Part shown: positions 29,152-40,078 of the stretch, piece after piece
Numbering within the stretch: position 1 is the first letter of the stretch
Layout of the letters: each line of letters starts with the position of its first letter
Assembly: GCA_034111625.1 (NCBI GenBank)
Contig: JAWUWX010000007.1
Coordinates: forward strand, 25,360 to 89,359
Length of the DNA stretch: 64,000 nucleotides
Direction: 5' to 3'
Source: Flavobacteriaceae bacterium
Lineage (GTDB): Bacteria > Bacteroidota > Bacteroidia > Flavobacteriales > Flavobacteriaceae
Program-made: the position numbers and the translations under genes
The notes under the pieces: model-generated
Told to the model about the DNA's origin: nothing
The model's input: the letters and a program-made list of their open reading frames with translations, nothing else
Database searches by the model: none

Positions 29152-30081
29152 TTATCTTTTTATTTGTTGTGCCAATAAATAGATGACTGCCATTCGAATT
29201 GCAACGCCATTTTCAACTTGATTCAATATAATCGATTGTTCTGCATCAGCAACATCACTTGTAATTTCAACACCTCTATTAATAGGCCCTGGATGCATGA
29301 TTACAATTTTCTTACCAAGTGAGTCCAAAATAGATTTATTTATTCCAAATAGTTGTGTATATTCTCTAATAGAAGGAAAGTATTGAACATCCATTCTTTC
29401 ATTTTGAACACGCAATATATTAGCAACATCACACCATTCTAATGCCTTATTAATATCAGTCTCTACAGTAACTCCAAGACTTGTTATGTGTTTTGGGATA
29501 AGTGTTGTCGGTCCACATATTTTTACTTCTGCACCTTGTAATTTCAAAGCGAATATATTAGAAAGAGCAACTCTTGAGTGTAAAATATCACCAACTATCA
29601 CTACTTTTTTTCCTTTAACGCTTCCTAGTTTTTCACGAATCGAGTAGGAGTCCAATAAAGCTTGAGTCGGATGTTCATGTGTTCCGTCTCCAGCATTGAT
29701 AATTTTAGCATTTACATGTTGAGATAGAAATACTCCTGCTCCAACATTGGGATGTCGCATCACAATAATATCCACTTTCATAGATAGAATATTGTTGACC
29801 GTATCGATTAAGGTTTCTCCTTTTTTTACAGATGATTGTCCTGCAGAAAAATTAATAATATCAGCAGACAATCTTTTTTCTGCTAATTCAAATGAGAGTT
29901 TGGTTCTAGTACTATTTTCAAAAAATAAATTGGCAATTGTAATATCTCTAAGTGAAGGGACTTTTTTTATAGGACGATTTAAGACTTCTTTAAAATGATC
30001 GGCAGTTTGAAAAATTAAATCAATATCATTCTTGTTGAGGTATTTTATCCCAAGTAGGTGTTCAACACTTAATGGATTCAT
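29152..30081 (-). CDS. pyrB: aspartate carbamoyltransferase catalytic subunit
   Basis: FFENSTRT, NAGDGTHEHPTQALLD and MHPGP motifs; start ATG 30081 (30090 possible). Confidence 0.96.
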   Translation of the reverse strand: MNPLSVEHLLGIKYLNKNDIDLIFQTADHFKEVLNRPIKKVPSLRDITIANLFFENSTRTKLSFELAEKRLSADIINFSAGQSSVKKGETLIDTVNNILSMKVDIIVMRHPNVGAGVFLSQHVNAKIINAGDGTHEHPTQALLDSYSIREKLGSVKGKKVVIVGDILHSRVALSNIFALKLQGAEVKICGPTTLIPKHITSLGVTVETDINKALEWCDVANILRVQNERMDVQYFPSIREYTQLFGINKSILDSLGKKIVIMHPGPINRGVEITSDVADAEQSIILNQVENGVAIRMAVIYLLAQQIKR

Positions 30082-30082
30082 T

Positions 30083-30625
30083 TTAATCATTTTTTATAAG
30101 ATAAATTGCGTCTTTTCCATCTTTTTCTTTCCAATTCACAACGACTTTTTCGTTGTTTATTACGTCAATCTGTCTTCCTAGATAATCAGGTTGAATAGGT
30201 AAATCTCTACTGAAACGACGATCAATCAGTACTAAAAGTTCAATTTTATTAGGTCTTCCGAATGATTGTATGGCAGATAGTCCTGCTCTGATACTGCGGC
30301 CTGAAAAAAGAACATCATCAATAAAAACTGCTTTTTTTCCTTCGATTGCGAAATCTATTTGAGTAGAATTGGCCTCAAGAGGTTCGTCTCTTCGTCTGAA
30401 ATCATCTCGGTAGAAAGTAATATCTAAAGCACCTGAATTAATATCTTTTATTCCGTAATCATTTTTTAAAATGGCAGTAAGTCTTTCAGCAAGAAACACC
30501 CCTCTAGGCTGTAAACCAATCAATACGGTGTTAGAAAAGTCATTATGATTTTCGATTAACTGACAAGCCAATCGATGTAATATGATGTGAATTTCGGTTG
30601 AATTTAAGATCTTTTTTTGACTCAT
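30083..30625 (-). CDS. pyrR: bifunctional pyr regulator / uracil phosphoribosyltransferase
   Basis: LDITFYRDD, IDDVLFSGRS and RDLPIQPDYLG motifs; ATG 30625 preferred. Confidence 0.95.
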   Translation of the reverse strand: MSQKKILNSTEIHIILHRLACQLIENHNDFSNTVLIGLQPRGVFLAERLTAILKNDYGIKDINSGALDITFYRDDFRRRDEPLEANSTQIDFAIEGKKAVFIDDVLFSGRSIRAGLSAIQSFGRPNKIELLVLIDRRFSRDLPIQPDYLGRQIDVINNEKVVVNWKEKDGKDAIYLIKND

Positions 30626-30757
30626 AAATTGTGTACACAACGCAGTTTGTGTTGCAAATATACACTAATTGTTAATTAAATTGTTAAAAACAATTAACCT
30701 ATTTTCTGATTTCAGCATATTCTTACAGTACTTTTAAACTGTAGGGGAAAAGTGTAT

Positions 30758-32152
30758 ATGAACATAAACTTCAATCAGAATAATATGGTGTCGCTTTCAA
30801 AATTTGAATCAATGTTAAAGACTAATAATGTCTATTTCTTCGATTCGACAGAGTTTGAGGAAATTATTCAGCACTACCTTGATAGTGGTCGTCAGACGCT
30901 TGCATATAAAGCAATAAGTTTAGGATTAGAACAACATCCAGCATCAGTAAGTTTAAAAATACTGCTTGCTGAATTGTTTATTTATGAAGATAAATTTGAT
31001 GAAGCAGATCTTATATTAACAGCTTTACATGCAATTGAGCCTACTAATGAGGAGGTGTATATTCAGAAAGCAAATATGTTTTCTAAAAAAGATGAACATC
31101 AAAGTGCAATTGATTCGCTTAAAATAGCCTTAGTATATACTGATGATAAAGTAGATGTGTTGTCAATGATAGGTATGGAATATTTATATCTTGATAAGTT
31201 TGATGATGCTCGATTAAGTTTTGCTAAATGTCTAGATGTAGATTTTGAAGATTATTCTTCATTATATAATGTTATCTATTGTTTCGATATGCAGAATAGG
31301 CATAAAGATGCGGTTTTATACCTAAAAAAAATAATTGATAAAGATCCATACTCAGAAGTTGCTTGGCATCAATTGGGTCGTCAACATTATATTTTGGAAG
31401 AGCATAATGAGGCGTTAAGAGCATTTGATTTTGCAATTGTAATTGATGAATTGTTCGTAGGAGCTTATCTTGAAAAAGCAAAAACGCTTGAGCAACTTAA
31501 CTCATATGAAGAAGCAATAGATAATTATTTAGTTACTAATGAGTTGGAAGATCCAACTGCCTTTTCATACTATAGAATAGGTGAATGTTATAAGAAACTT
31601 GATAAAAACAAACTTTCAATTAAATATTATAAAAAAACAGTGAAAGAAGATCCTTTATTAGATAAAGGATGGATTGCATTAACCAACTCATATTGTTTAG
31701 AAAAAAATTATCCAAAAGCGCTGTATTATATCAATAAGGCCTTGTCAATTGATGAGTCAAATACATTGTATTGGAGGAGGTATGCTGAGATCAATTTAAA
31801 GCTAGACTTTTTTGAAGAAGTTGCCAAGGCATTTTATAATTGCATTAAATATGGAGATTCCAACTTAGATATATTCATAGGTCTTGCGGATGTGCTGAAT
31901 TTTATTGGTGAGTTTCAAGAGGCTGCAGATGTGTTGATTAAGGCGAAAAAATTGCACCCTAATAATGCTGAAATAATCTATCGTATAAGTTGTATTTATT
32001 ATATCCTAGGAGAAGATGAAAAGGCAGAAAAATCATTGAGAAAAGGATTAAAAATTGACTTCGAATACAAGGAAATAATTAAAGAATTGTTTCCAGTAGT
32101 TTTTGAACTACATGCCGTTGCAGCAATAGTTTCTGAATATAATAACGCCTAG
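30758..32152 (+). CDS. tetratricopeptide repeat protein
   Basis: Repeated TPR-like helices (PYSEVAWHQLG, AYLEKAK...); start uncertain (30752/30758/30785). Confidence 0.88.
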   Translation: MNINFNQNNMVSLSKFESMLKTNNVYFFDSTEFEEIIQHYLDSGRQTLAYKAISLGLEQHPASVSLKILLAELFIYEDKFDEADLILTALHAIEPTNEEVYIQKANMFSKKDEHQSAIDSLKIALVYTDDKVDVLSMIGMEYLYLDKFDDARLSFAKCLDVDFEDYSSLYNVIYCFDMQNRHKDAVLYLKKIIDKDPYSEVAWHQLGRQHYILEEHNEALRAFDFAIVIDELFVGAYLEKAKTLEQLNSYEEAIDNYLVTNELEDPTAFSYYRIGECYKKLDKNKLSIKYYKKTVKEDPLLDKGWIALTNSYCLEKNYPKALYYINKALSIDESNTLYWRRYAEINLKLDFFEEVAKAFYNCIKYGDSNLDIFIGLADVLNFIGEFQEAADVLIKAKKLHPNNAEIIYRISCIYYILGEDEKAEKSLRKGLKIDFEYKEIIKELFPVVFELHAVAAIVSEYNNA

Positions 32153-32228
32153 TTTATTACTACTTTATCTTATTAAACTGTATTTTCTTTATTTAGAAAT
32201 AGTACATTTGTAAAAACAAGGAAATTAA

Positions 32229-33155
32229 ATGCAGGAAAGGAAAATCAAGGATTATTTTGTCATTATGTTAAAGGGATTAGCAATGGGAGCGGCAGATGTA
32301 GTTCCTGGAGTTTCTGGAGGTACAATTGCTTTTATTTCTGGGATTTATGAGGAATTGTTAACTTCGATTAGTTCATTAAGTTTCAAGTCTTTAAAAATAT
32401 TAAAATCAGAAGGTGTAAAAAGTTTTTGGAAAGCCATAAACGGAAATTTTTTAATATCACTTGTTGTTGGAATTGGAATTAGTATTTTATCATTAGTAAA
32501 ATTGATTTCATGGTTGTTAGATACTAAACCTATTTTGGTATGGTCATTTTTCTTTGGACTCGTTTTAGCAAGTATACTCTATATTGGAAAGCAAATAGTT
32601 CAGTGGAAATTTCTCACCTTTTTTTTACTAGTTTTAAGTGCTTTTATAGCATATTGGATTACAACATTAGAGCCATTAGTATCAGCAGAAACATCACCAA
32701 TTTATTTATTTTTTGCAGGCGCATTAGCAATTTGTGCGATGATATTGCCCGGAATTTCAGGTGCTTTTATATTGGTGCTTCTTGGTGCTTATAAATCAGC
32801 TTTAGAAGCCGTTGATAATAAAGATATTAAATTAATTGCTATCATTGGAGCGGGAGCAATTGTTGGGTTATTAACTTTTTCAAGAATATTGAAATGGTTG
32901 TTTGCCCATTATAAAAATATGACTTTGGCAATATTGACTGGATTTGTCTTAGGGTCTTTAAATAAAATTTGGCCTTGGAAAGAAACTTTAACTTGGCGAA
33001 TGAATTCTCAAGGTCTTCAAGTACCAGTAAATGAGCAGAGTGTTTCTCCATTTACATTTGAAGGAGATCCTCAATTATTATATGCAGTAATACTAGCAAT
33101 AATAGGGTTTTTTAGCATATTTTTTTTAGAGAAAATGGCCGTAAAGAATGAGTAA
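32229..33155 (+). CDS. DUF368 protein (putative undecaprenyl-phosphate translocase)
   Basis: MGAADVVPGVSGGTIA and AMILPGISG motifs. Confidence 0.9.
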   Translation: MQERKIKDYFVIMLKGLAMGAADVVPGVSGGTIAFISGIYEELLTSISSLSFKSLKILKSEGVKSFWKAINGNFLISLVVGIGISILSLVKLISWLLDTKPILVWSFFFGLVLASILYIGKQIVQWKFLTFFLLVLSAFIAYWITTLEPLVSAETSPIYLFFAGALAICAMILPGISGAFILVLLGAYKSALEAVDNKDIKLIAIIGAGAIVGLLTFSRILKWLFAHYKNMTLAILTGFVLGSLNKIWPWKETLTWRMNSQGLQVPVNEQSVSPFTFEGDPQLLYAVILAIIGFFSIFFLEKMAVKNE

Positions 33156-34161
33156 AAAACGTAGTTTTATAGACAATACACTACTCTTTTTTAAAGGGTT
33201 ATCTATGGGTGCTGCAAATAAAGTTCCAGGAGTTTCTGGGGGAACCGTTGCATTTGTTTTAGATTTCTATGAAGAACTGATTTATTCATTTCAAAAAATA
33301 AATACGAAGGCATTTAAATTATTTTTTAACGGTAGATTTAAGGCGTTTTTTAATTATGTTAATGCTCCCTTTTTACTACTTGTAATGGGCGGAAGTATGT
33401 TCAGCTATTTTAGTATTTCTATATTGTTGGATTATTTAATTCGGAATTATGAACTCTATGTATGGAGCGCATTTTTTGGAATGATTATCGGATCGATTTA
33501 TTATATAGGTAAAGGTTTTAAATGGTCTAAAACAAATGTGTTATTTACATTAATCGGTGTTGTGATTGGGATATCAATAAGTCTAATGAGCCCTGCTAAA
33601 GAAAATACAAATTTATGGTTTGTATTTTTCTGTGGAATCGTTGGTGTTTCTGGTATGACTTTGCCTGGACTTTCAGGATCTTTTATACTTATTCTATTAG
33701 GGAATTATGTATTATTATTGGTAGATTCTGTAACGATGCTGTACAAAACTGTTGTTGATATTTTTTCTTGGAATTGGGATTTCTTACAAGATCAAGTTCG
33801 TATTAAATATTTAAAAATAATTATAATTTTTACTGGAGGATCTGCATTTGGACTGGTCGTGACATCTCATATTTTAGGATATGTTTTAAAAAAATGGAAT
33901 CATATAGTTACTGCAGTTATTATTGGTTTTATTACTGGTTCTTTAGGAATTGTATGGCCCTGGAAAAAGGAGGTATTTAAGTCTGAAAATGGAGCCTTTT
34001 TGAAAGATTTTAATGGAGATAGAATTTTAGAAAATTACCAGCGATATTTTCCTGATTATCATCTAAAAGAAACATGGATTGCGATACTGTTTATCATCAT
34101 AGGTTTTGGATTGCTGTTGCTGTTGGATATGTATTCTAAACGTCAAAATAAATTAGATTAA
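33148..34161 (+). CDS. DUF368 protein, second paralogue
   Basis: MGAANKVPGVSGGTVA and GMTLPGLSGS motifs. Confidence 0.88.
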   Translation: MSKKRSFIDNTLLFFKGLSMGAANKVPGVSGGTVAFVLDFYEELIYSFQKINTKAFKLFFNGRFKAFFNYVNAPFLLLVMGGSMFSYFSISILLDYLIRNYELYVWSAFFGMIIGSIYYIGKGFKWSKTNVLFTLIGVVIGISISLMSPAKENTNLWFVFFCGIVGVSGMTLPGLSGSFILILLGNYVLLLVDSVTMLYKTVVDIFSWNWDFLQDQVRIKYLKIIIIFTGGSAFGLVVTSHILGYVLKKWNHIVTAVIIGFITGSLGIVWPWKKEVFKSENGAFLKDFNGDRILENYQRYFPDYHLKETWIAILFIIIGFGLLLLLDMYSKRQNKLD

Positions 34162-34917
34162 ATGAGTAACCGTAAAAAATATGGGTTGGTAGGTAAAGAT
34201 ATATCTTATTCTTTTTCACGTGATTATTTTACTAAAAAATTTATAGAATTAAATTTAAAGGAACACTCTTATCGGAATTTTGATATTCCTGAAATTGAAG
34301 AATTTCCATTTTTATTGTATCAAAAAGAGGATGATTACCAAGGATTGAATGTAACGATTCCATATAAGGAATCTATAATGAAGTACTTGTCTGAAATTGA
34401 TGAAGTCGCAGAAAAAATTGGAGCCGTCAATACCATTAAGATTACTGAAGACAATGAGTTAATAGGTCATAATACGGATGCTTATGGATTTGAAAAATCT
34501 TTGGTAAAATTGTTGGAGAGCCATCATAAACAAGCATTGATTCTTGGTACAGGAGGAGCGTCAAAAGCTGTAGCATATGTTCTTGAGAAATTAAATATCG
34601 AATATAAATTTGTTTCGAGATCTCCTAATGCGGACCAACTCACTTATGATTCTTTAAATGAAACTATTTTAAATGAGTCTCATTTAATTATTAATTGTAC
34701 TCCATTAGGGACCTTTCCAAATATTGAATTAACTCCCGACATTCCATATAGTTATTTGACAAAAAAGCATTTATTATATGATTTAATTTATAATCCCGAA
34801 GAAACTATTTTTCTTAAGCAAGGTAGAGATAAAGGGGCTATGATTAAAAATGGTTCTGAAATGCTGAAATTACAAGCTGAAAAGTCATGGGAAATATGGA
34901 ATGCGTCGTCTCAATAG
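34162..34917 (+). CDS. aroE: shikimate dehydrogenase
   Basis: GLNVTIPYK, IGAVNT, GHNTD, GTGGAS and YDLIYNP motifs. Confidence 0.93.
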   Translation: MSNRKKYGLVGKDISYSFSRDYFTKKFIELNLKEHSYRNFDIPEIEEFPFLLYQKEDDYQGLNVTIPYKESIMKYLSEIDEVAEKIGAVNTIKITEDNELIGHNTDAYGFEKSLVKLLESHHKQALILGTGGASKAVAYVLEKLNIEYKFVSRSPNADQLTYDSLNETILNESHLIINCTPLGTFPNIELTPDIPYSYLTKKHLLYDLIYNPEETIFLKQGRDKGAMIKNGSEMLKLQAEKSWEIWNASSQ

Positions 34918-35041
34918 ATTAATTACGCAACTTTTTACTTAAATTTGTATCTATATATTACAAAGTACTAACTTATGATTGATTGTAAGTTTTTATTTTT
35001 TTGATTGACTAATTATTACGGACCCTTAAACATTATTAAAA

Positions 35042-37003
35042 ATGTTAGACGCTAAAAACGAAAACCTTCAGAACTCTGAGGAAAAAGCAGAAAAAATTGA
35101 AGCATCAACTCCCTTGATAGTTGAAAAAGAGAAGACTGAAGAAAAAGTAGAAAAAATTGAATCATCAATTTCCTTGCCTGCTCAAAAAGAAAAGTCTGAT
35201 GAAGACACTATTTCTCAAGAAGCAGTTATTGAAGAAATAGATAATCAAATAGCTCATGCTTCAGAAGGTGAACATAATGATGAAGAAGTAGCTGTTAATT
35301 ATGATGAATTAGATTTAGAGCCTTTAGTGCAAGAGTTAAAAAAACTTATAGAGGATCAACCCATCCAAAAAATTAATGATCAAGTTAATAGAATTAAAAA
35401 TTCATTTAACAAGAAGTTTTCAACTTTACTTGCTGAGAAGAAGTCAGCATTTCTTGCAGAAGGAGGAGAGAGCATAGATTTTAAATATTCCAATCCAATA
35501 AAAGTCGAGTATAATGATTTAATGAAAGATTTTAAGGATAAGCGTTCAGGTTATTATAAAAACTTAGACGTTCAACTGAATAATAATCTCGAATTAAAAT
35601 TAAGTATTATTGATCAATTGAAAGAATTGATTCAAAATGGAGATGCTAAGACAATGTATAGTCAGTTTCGTGAGATTCAAGATAGATGGAAGTCTATTGG
35701 GCCTATTTCTAGAGATAAATACAATAATACTTGGAGGACATATCATCATCATGTAGAACGTTTTTATGACTTACTACATTTAAGTAACGATTTAAGAGAT
35801 CTTGATTTTAAACATAATCTTGAAGAAAAATTAAAACTTGTCACTAGAGCGGAAGAACTTGCTGAACATTATGATATCAATTATGCCTTTAAGCAATTGC
35901 AGTTGCTGCATAAAATGTGGAAAGAAGAAGTAGGACCAGTTTCTAAAGATTTTCGTGAAAAAATATGGAACGATTTCAGTGCAGCTACTAAAAAAATTCA
36001 TGATAAACGTCATGATAATTTTAGGAGCATGAAGAGCAAGTATCAAGAGAATATTGCTAATAAGATTGAGATTGTTGAACTTATAAAGAGTGTTGATACT
36101 AGTAAAAACAGCTCTCATAGTGACTGGCAAAAGAGTATGAAAATTGTTGATGAATTGCGAGATCTATTTTTTAAAGTAGGAAATGTTCCAAAATCTGAAA
36201 GTGAACCTATCTGGCAAAGTTTTAAAGAGGCGACTAGAGAATTCAATCAAAATAAGAATGATTTCTATAAAAAATCAAAGGGAGAGCAGAGTGGTAATTT
36301 GGAGAAAAAATTAAAACTTATTGAAAAGGCAGACTCTTTAAAAGATAGTGACGATTGGGAAAATGTGACGGAAACTATGAAGAGTATTCAGTCAGATTGG
36401 AAAAAAATAGGGCACGTTCCTAGAAAGCATTCTGATAAAATATGGAATCAGTTTAAAAGTGCCTGTAACCATTATTTTGACAGATATCATGAATTTAAAG
36501 ATGTAGGAAGTAAAGAGGAGCAAGAAGTGTTTACTAAGAAGAAGGAATTGCTAGAATTTATAAAAGAGAATACATCGGCAGATGATAGTAAATTTGATTT
36601 AGATACAATTAAAGGTTATATTGAACAATGGCGTGGTCTTGGAAATGTACCTCTTAATTTAAGACATATTGAGTCTAAGTTTTCAAAAGTTCTTGACAAA
36701 CTTTTTTCTTTATTATCTATTGATCCTAAAGAAAAAGAGATGATCAAGTTTGAAAATCAAATGGAAGGTTTAGTTGCTCAGAATAATGTACGAAAACTAG
36801 ATGGAGAGCAAATACAGATTAGAAAAAAGATAGATGAATCAGTGCGAGAGATTCAACAATTGGAAAATAATATTAGTTTTTTCTCTAATGCTAAATCTGA
36901 CAATCCTTTATTAAAGGGTGTCCTGAAAAATATAAGTGATCATAAAGAAAATTTAGAGGTGCTTAAAGGCAAGTTGAATATCTTAAAGAAGTTAAATTAC
37001 TAA
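35042..37003 (+). CDS. DUF349 domain-containing protein
   Basis: Repeated WKxIGxVP...IWxxFxxA units. Confidence 0.9.
   Translation: MLDAKNENLQNSEEKAEKIEASTPLIVEKEKTEEKVEKIESSISLPAQKEKSDEDTISQEAVIEEIDNQIAHASEGEHNDEEVAVNYDELDLEPLVQELKKLIEDQPIQKINDQVNRIKNSFNKKFSTLLAEKKSAFLAEGGESIDFKYSNPIKVEYNDLMKDFKDKRSGYYKNLDVQLNNNLELKLSIIDQLKELIQNGDAKTMYSQFREIQDRWKSIGPISRDKYNNTWRTYHHHVERFYDLLHLSNDLRDLDFKHNLEEKLKLVTRAEELAEHYDINYAFKQLQLLHKMWKEEVGPVSKDFREKIWNDFSAATKKIHDKRHDNFRSMKSKYQENIANKIEIVELIKSVDTSKNSSHSDWQKSMKIVDELRDLFFKVGNVPKSESEPIWQSFKEATREFNQNKNDFYKKSKGEQSGNLEKKLKLIEKADSLKDSDDWENVTETMKSIQSDWKKIGHVPRKHSDKIWNQFKSACNHYFDRYHEFKDVGSKEEQEVFTKKKELLEFIKENTSADDSKFDLDTIKGYIEQWRGLGNVPLNLRHIESKFSKVLDKLFSLLSIDPKEKEMIKFENQMEGLVAQNNVRKLDGEQIQIRKKIDESVREIQQLENNISFFSNAKSDNPLLKGVLKNISDHKENLEVLKGKLNILKKLNY
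35076..35203 (+). repeat. 60-bp tandem duplication in the DUF349 N-terminus
   Basis: SEEKAEKIEASTPLIVEKEK / TEEKVEKIESSISLPAQKEK; DNA period 60. Confidence 0.75.
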
Positions 37004-37040
37004 AATAAAAAACTCTCAAATTATTTGAGAGTTTTTTATT
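37004..37040. terminator. bidirectional intrinsic terminator
   Basis: AATAAAAAACTCTCAAAT / ATTTGAGAGTTTTTTATT. Confidence 0.88.
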
Positions 37041-37658
37041 TTATTGAACTTTAAGATAAGTGATAATGTCGATTTTCACTTCTGACCATGTTTTACTGAT
37101 TCCATCTGCGCCTTTATGCAAGTCAAAACATGCAATATTTAAGCTTTCAAGTGCTGCTTGAGCATTCCAATCTTCAACATTTAAAACACCTGTAAATGAT
37201 GCCATTTTCCCATTTAAAGTATATTTTACAGGAAAAGACTTCGTAATATTGTTCATCTTTATTGTTGCGATTCCTTCAGCATCAGAAGTAAGTTCTATAT
37301 TTCCTGAAAGAAGTTCTGTGTTATCCATCACTCCGAAAAAAAGTTTCATAATTTTAGAATCTCTATCTTCATTATTGGTAAAAAGACTTGAAATAGGAAT
37401 AGAAAATTCAGTTCCGTTTAGAGCTTCTCTAGGAGTAATACTTTTTTTAATATTGTTAAAGTTTACCTTAGTAAATTGACCTTCAACACCTATTTTTTCT
37501 GTTGTTTTATAAGCGGTAAAACTTATTTTAGTAGTACGAGGTTCCACTGAATATGATTTTTCAGTGCTGCTATTTCCTTCTTTTTTTATATCTGTCTTAC
37601 AAGATATAGTCGTTATGCTTAATAGAGCAAGTGCTGTAATCAGGGTTATCTTTTTCAT
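37041..37658 (-). CDS. YceI-like lipoprotein
   Basis: Lipobox TISC, FTAYKTTEK.GV.G.F and LHKGADGISKTW motifs. Confidence 0.75.
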   Translation of the reverse strand: MKKITLITALALLSITTISCKTDIKKEGNSSTEKSYSVEPRTTKISFTAYKTTEKIGVEGQFTKVNFNNIKKSITPREALNGTEFSIPISSLFTNNEDRDSKIMKLFFGVMDNTELLSGNIELTSDAEGIATIKMNNITKSFPVKYTLNGKMASFTGVLNVEDWNAQAALESLNIACFDLHKGADGISKTWSEVKIDIITYLKVQ

Positions 37659-37669
37659 CTTTTTAACGT

Positions 37670-37945
37670 TTACTTATTTTTGGGTTTTAAATATTTCTTT
37701 ACCAATTTTATATATTCTTTCTTGGCATCTTCTTCAGACAAATGGCCTAATTGAAACCATGCATTTAATTTAAAAGCATTTCTTAAATCTTCATTGCCAT
37801 TATTAGATTGATAATAGTTGTTTCCTTTAGTAGCTTGCTTGTAATATGCATAGAATTGTAGCATTACGTCAGGAGGAAGTTTATCTTTAGTTTCTGAAGC
37901 AAGTTTATATGCTTGATCGAACTTAGTGTTTAGTTTTTTTTTCAT
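37670..37945 (-). CDS. acyl-CoA-binding protein
   Basis: LQFYAYYKQATKG, FKLNAW and AKKEYI ACBP motifs. Confidence 0.9.
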   Translation of the reverse strand: MKKKLNTKFDQAYKLASETKDKLPPDVMLQFYAYYKQATKGNNYYQSNNGNEDLRNAFKLNAWFQLGHLSEEDAKKEYIKLVKKYLKPKNK

Positions 37946-37980
37946 TAGAATAATTACTACTCAAAGTTATGAAAAAGAAA

Positions 37981-38631
37981 TTATAAAAATGCAATTACTT
38001 GTTGACCTCCTTTTACTTTTTGATTTAATACAACATTAATCTTTGCATCAAGCGGAAGAAATAAATCAACTCTAGAACCAAATTTTATAAAACCTGCGTC
38101 AGTACCTTGCTCAACAATTTCATCAACTATTGCATAGTTCACAATCCTTCTAGCCATTGCTCCAGCAATCTGACGGTACAAAATTTTACCTATAGTTTTA
38201 TTTTCAATAACATTAGTCGTACGCTCATTTTCTTCTGAAGCCTTGGGATGCCAAGCCACTAAATATTTTCCTGGATGGTATTTGCTAAAAACTACTTTTC
38301 CACTTATAGGGTATCGTGTAACGTGGACATTTAATGGTGACATAAAAATAGAGACTTGTAATCTCTTGTCCTTAAAAAATTCAGGCTCATATACTTCTTC
38401 TATCACAACAACTTTACCATCAACAGGTGAAATGACATTATTTTCATTAAGATCAGTTGCTCTTTTTGGGTTTCTGAAAAATTGTAAGATTAAGATAAAT
38501 AACCCTATGAAAACCATAGATATACTTTTTCGTAACCATACAATTTCTATCAATCTATCAATAGCCAAAATTGAAATTAATAGAAGTAGAACTGCTATTA
38601 AAATGATTTTATAACCTTCTTTATGGAACAT
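37981..38631 (-). CDS. psd: phosphatidylserine decarboxylase
   Basis: SPVDGKV, SIFMSPLNVH and IKFGSRVD motifs. Confidence 0.93.
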   Translation of the reverse strand: MFHKEGYKIILIAVLLLLISILAIDRLIEIVWLRKSISMVFIGLFILILQFFRNPKRATDLNENNVISPVDGKVVVIEEVYEPEFFKDKRLQVSIFMSPLNVHVTRYPISGKVVFSKYHPGKYLVAWHPKASEENERTTNVIENKTIGKILYRQIAGAMARRIVNYAIVDEIVEQGTDAGFIKFGSRVDLFLPLDAKINVVLNQKVKGGQQVIAFL

Positions 38632-38633
38632 AT

Positions 38634-39446
38634 TTATACGATTTGTAAATAAATAAAAATAAATGGAGCAGCAAAGATAACACTATCAAAACGATCTAAA
38701 AAGCCTCCATGGCCAGGAATTAAATTACTACTGTCTTTTATTCCTCCTTGACGCTTAAACATTGATTCAATTAAATCTCCTAAAACTCCAAAAACACTTA
38801 CCAGTGCTGCTAATACAATCCATTGAGTAAGTGAAAGTGTTGTAAAATATTGCGCAATAAAATAACTCATAACGAAACAAGCGACCATACCTCCAATAAA
38901 TCCTTCAACTGTTTTGTTTGGCGAAATACGCTCTAATAGTTTTATTTTGCCAAAGTTCTTTCCAATTAAATAAGCGAATGAATCATTAGTCCATATCAAT
39001 ATAAAAACACCTAAGATCGTATTCTTAGCATAAGAATCATCAGCGTTTATAAATGGAATCTGAACCATTAATACAAATGGAACTATAATATAAATTACAC
39101 TTAGAAATATTTTTCCAAGATGGCTTACAATCTCTTCTTTTTTTGCTAATAAAATCCAGCCGAATGAGCAGAATATAGTTAGAAATAAAAGGACGCCAGC
39201 ATATTGAAATATGACCTTAGAAGGCACATCCTCAACACTTAAGATATTGCCAAATATATAGGTTAAAATCCCGATGATGTATGGGAATACACTTTTTAAC
39301 TGAATCATTTTCATGAATTCATACAAACACAACAACATCATAACAAAAAAAAGTGCTAAAAAGCTAATCTTGCTATATAAAATTGAACTTATAAGGAAAA
39401 AAATATATACGACACCTGAAACTATTCGAGTAAAAAAATTATTCAT
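38634..39446 (-). CDS. cdsA: phosphatidate cytidylyltransferase
   Basis: ISPNKTVEG and KDSSNLIPGHGGFLDRFDS motifs. Confidence 0.95.
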   Translation of the reverse strand: MNNFFTRIVSGVVYIFFLISSILYSKISFLALFFVMMLLCLYEFMKMIQLKSVFPYIIGILTYIFGNILSVEDVPSKVIFQYAGVLLFLTIFCSFGWILLAKKEEIVSHLGKIFLSVIYIIVPFVLMVQIPFINADDSYAKNTILGVFILIWTNDSFAYLIGKNFGKIKLLERISPNKTVEGFIGGMVACFVMSYFIAQYFTTLSLTQWIVLAALVSVFGVLGDLIESMFKRQGGIKDSSNLIPGHGGFLDRFDSVIFAAPFIFIYLQIV

Positions 39447-39448
39447 TT

Positions 39449-40042
39449 TTATAAATCTTCTAATAGAAGCAAATATAGGTTTTTAGAATTATTAGTACCA
39501 TAATTCAAGAAGTTTTCGTCGATATTGGAGTGAGTTGTATAATTTTTTATAGGGCTTATGTTTGTAGGTAAATCTTTGCCAGAATATTTAACCTTTATAC
39601 CCGTTAAACTTTCTCCCATATTTTTCACAATCTGACTTGTGGTAGCCAATACTATAAAATCATTCGTAAGAGTTGAAACTCGCTTTTCTTTGATTTGATT
39701 TGATGAAAACAATAAACTTCCATTTTCAGAAATTAAATACTCGCAAGTTGTGAATAAAGGAGTGTTAGTGTTAAATTTAGATTCAGTTTTTATATTAATT
39801 GAAGCAATATATGTGTGTAAATCTTTATTATTAAATGTTAACGAATCCCAATTGTTTTCTTCAATAATGTTTAGAAGATTCTTAGTCACATCTTCTTTTT
39901 TTAAACAGTACAAGAACTTTCCGCCTCGCTTGATAAAATTATGTACAAATGAATCATCCAATGATAATGATACTTTTTCTTGATCATCATTATCATTGGA
40001 TGATTCATCAGATGTTTTAAATATTTTTTTTAAAAAATTCAT
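39449..40042 (-). CDS. LUD (LutC/YkgG-like) domain protein
   Basis: GGKFLYC and CEYLISENGS motifs; usual position after ftsH in Flavobacteria. Confidence 0.7.
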   Translation of the reverse strand: MNFLKKIFKTSDESSNDNDDQEKVSLSLDDSFVHNFIKRGGKFLYCLKKEDVTKNLLNIIEENNWDSLTFNNKDLHTYIASINIKTESKFNTNTPLFTTCEYLISENGSLLFSSNQIKEKRVSTLTNDFIVLATTSQIVKNMGESLTGIKVKYSGKDLPTNISPIKNYTTHSNIDENFLNYGTNNSKNLYLLLLEDL

Positions 40043-40078
40043 TAAAAAAATTCAATATAGATTTTTTATTATACGAAC

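Noticed and set aside
30626-30751. PyrR attenuator leader
   Set aside because: Only a short hairpin; no recognisable PyrR-binding loop or terminator/antiterminator.
32229-34161. Tandem DUF368 paralogues as a novel system
   Set aside because: Known family and, as I recall, a common arrangement in Flavobacteriaceae.
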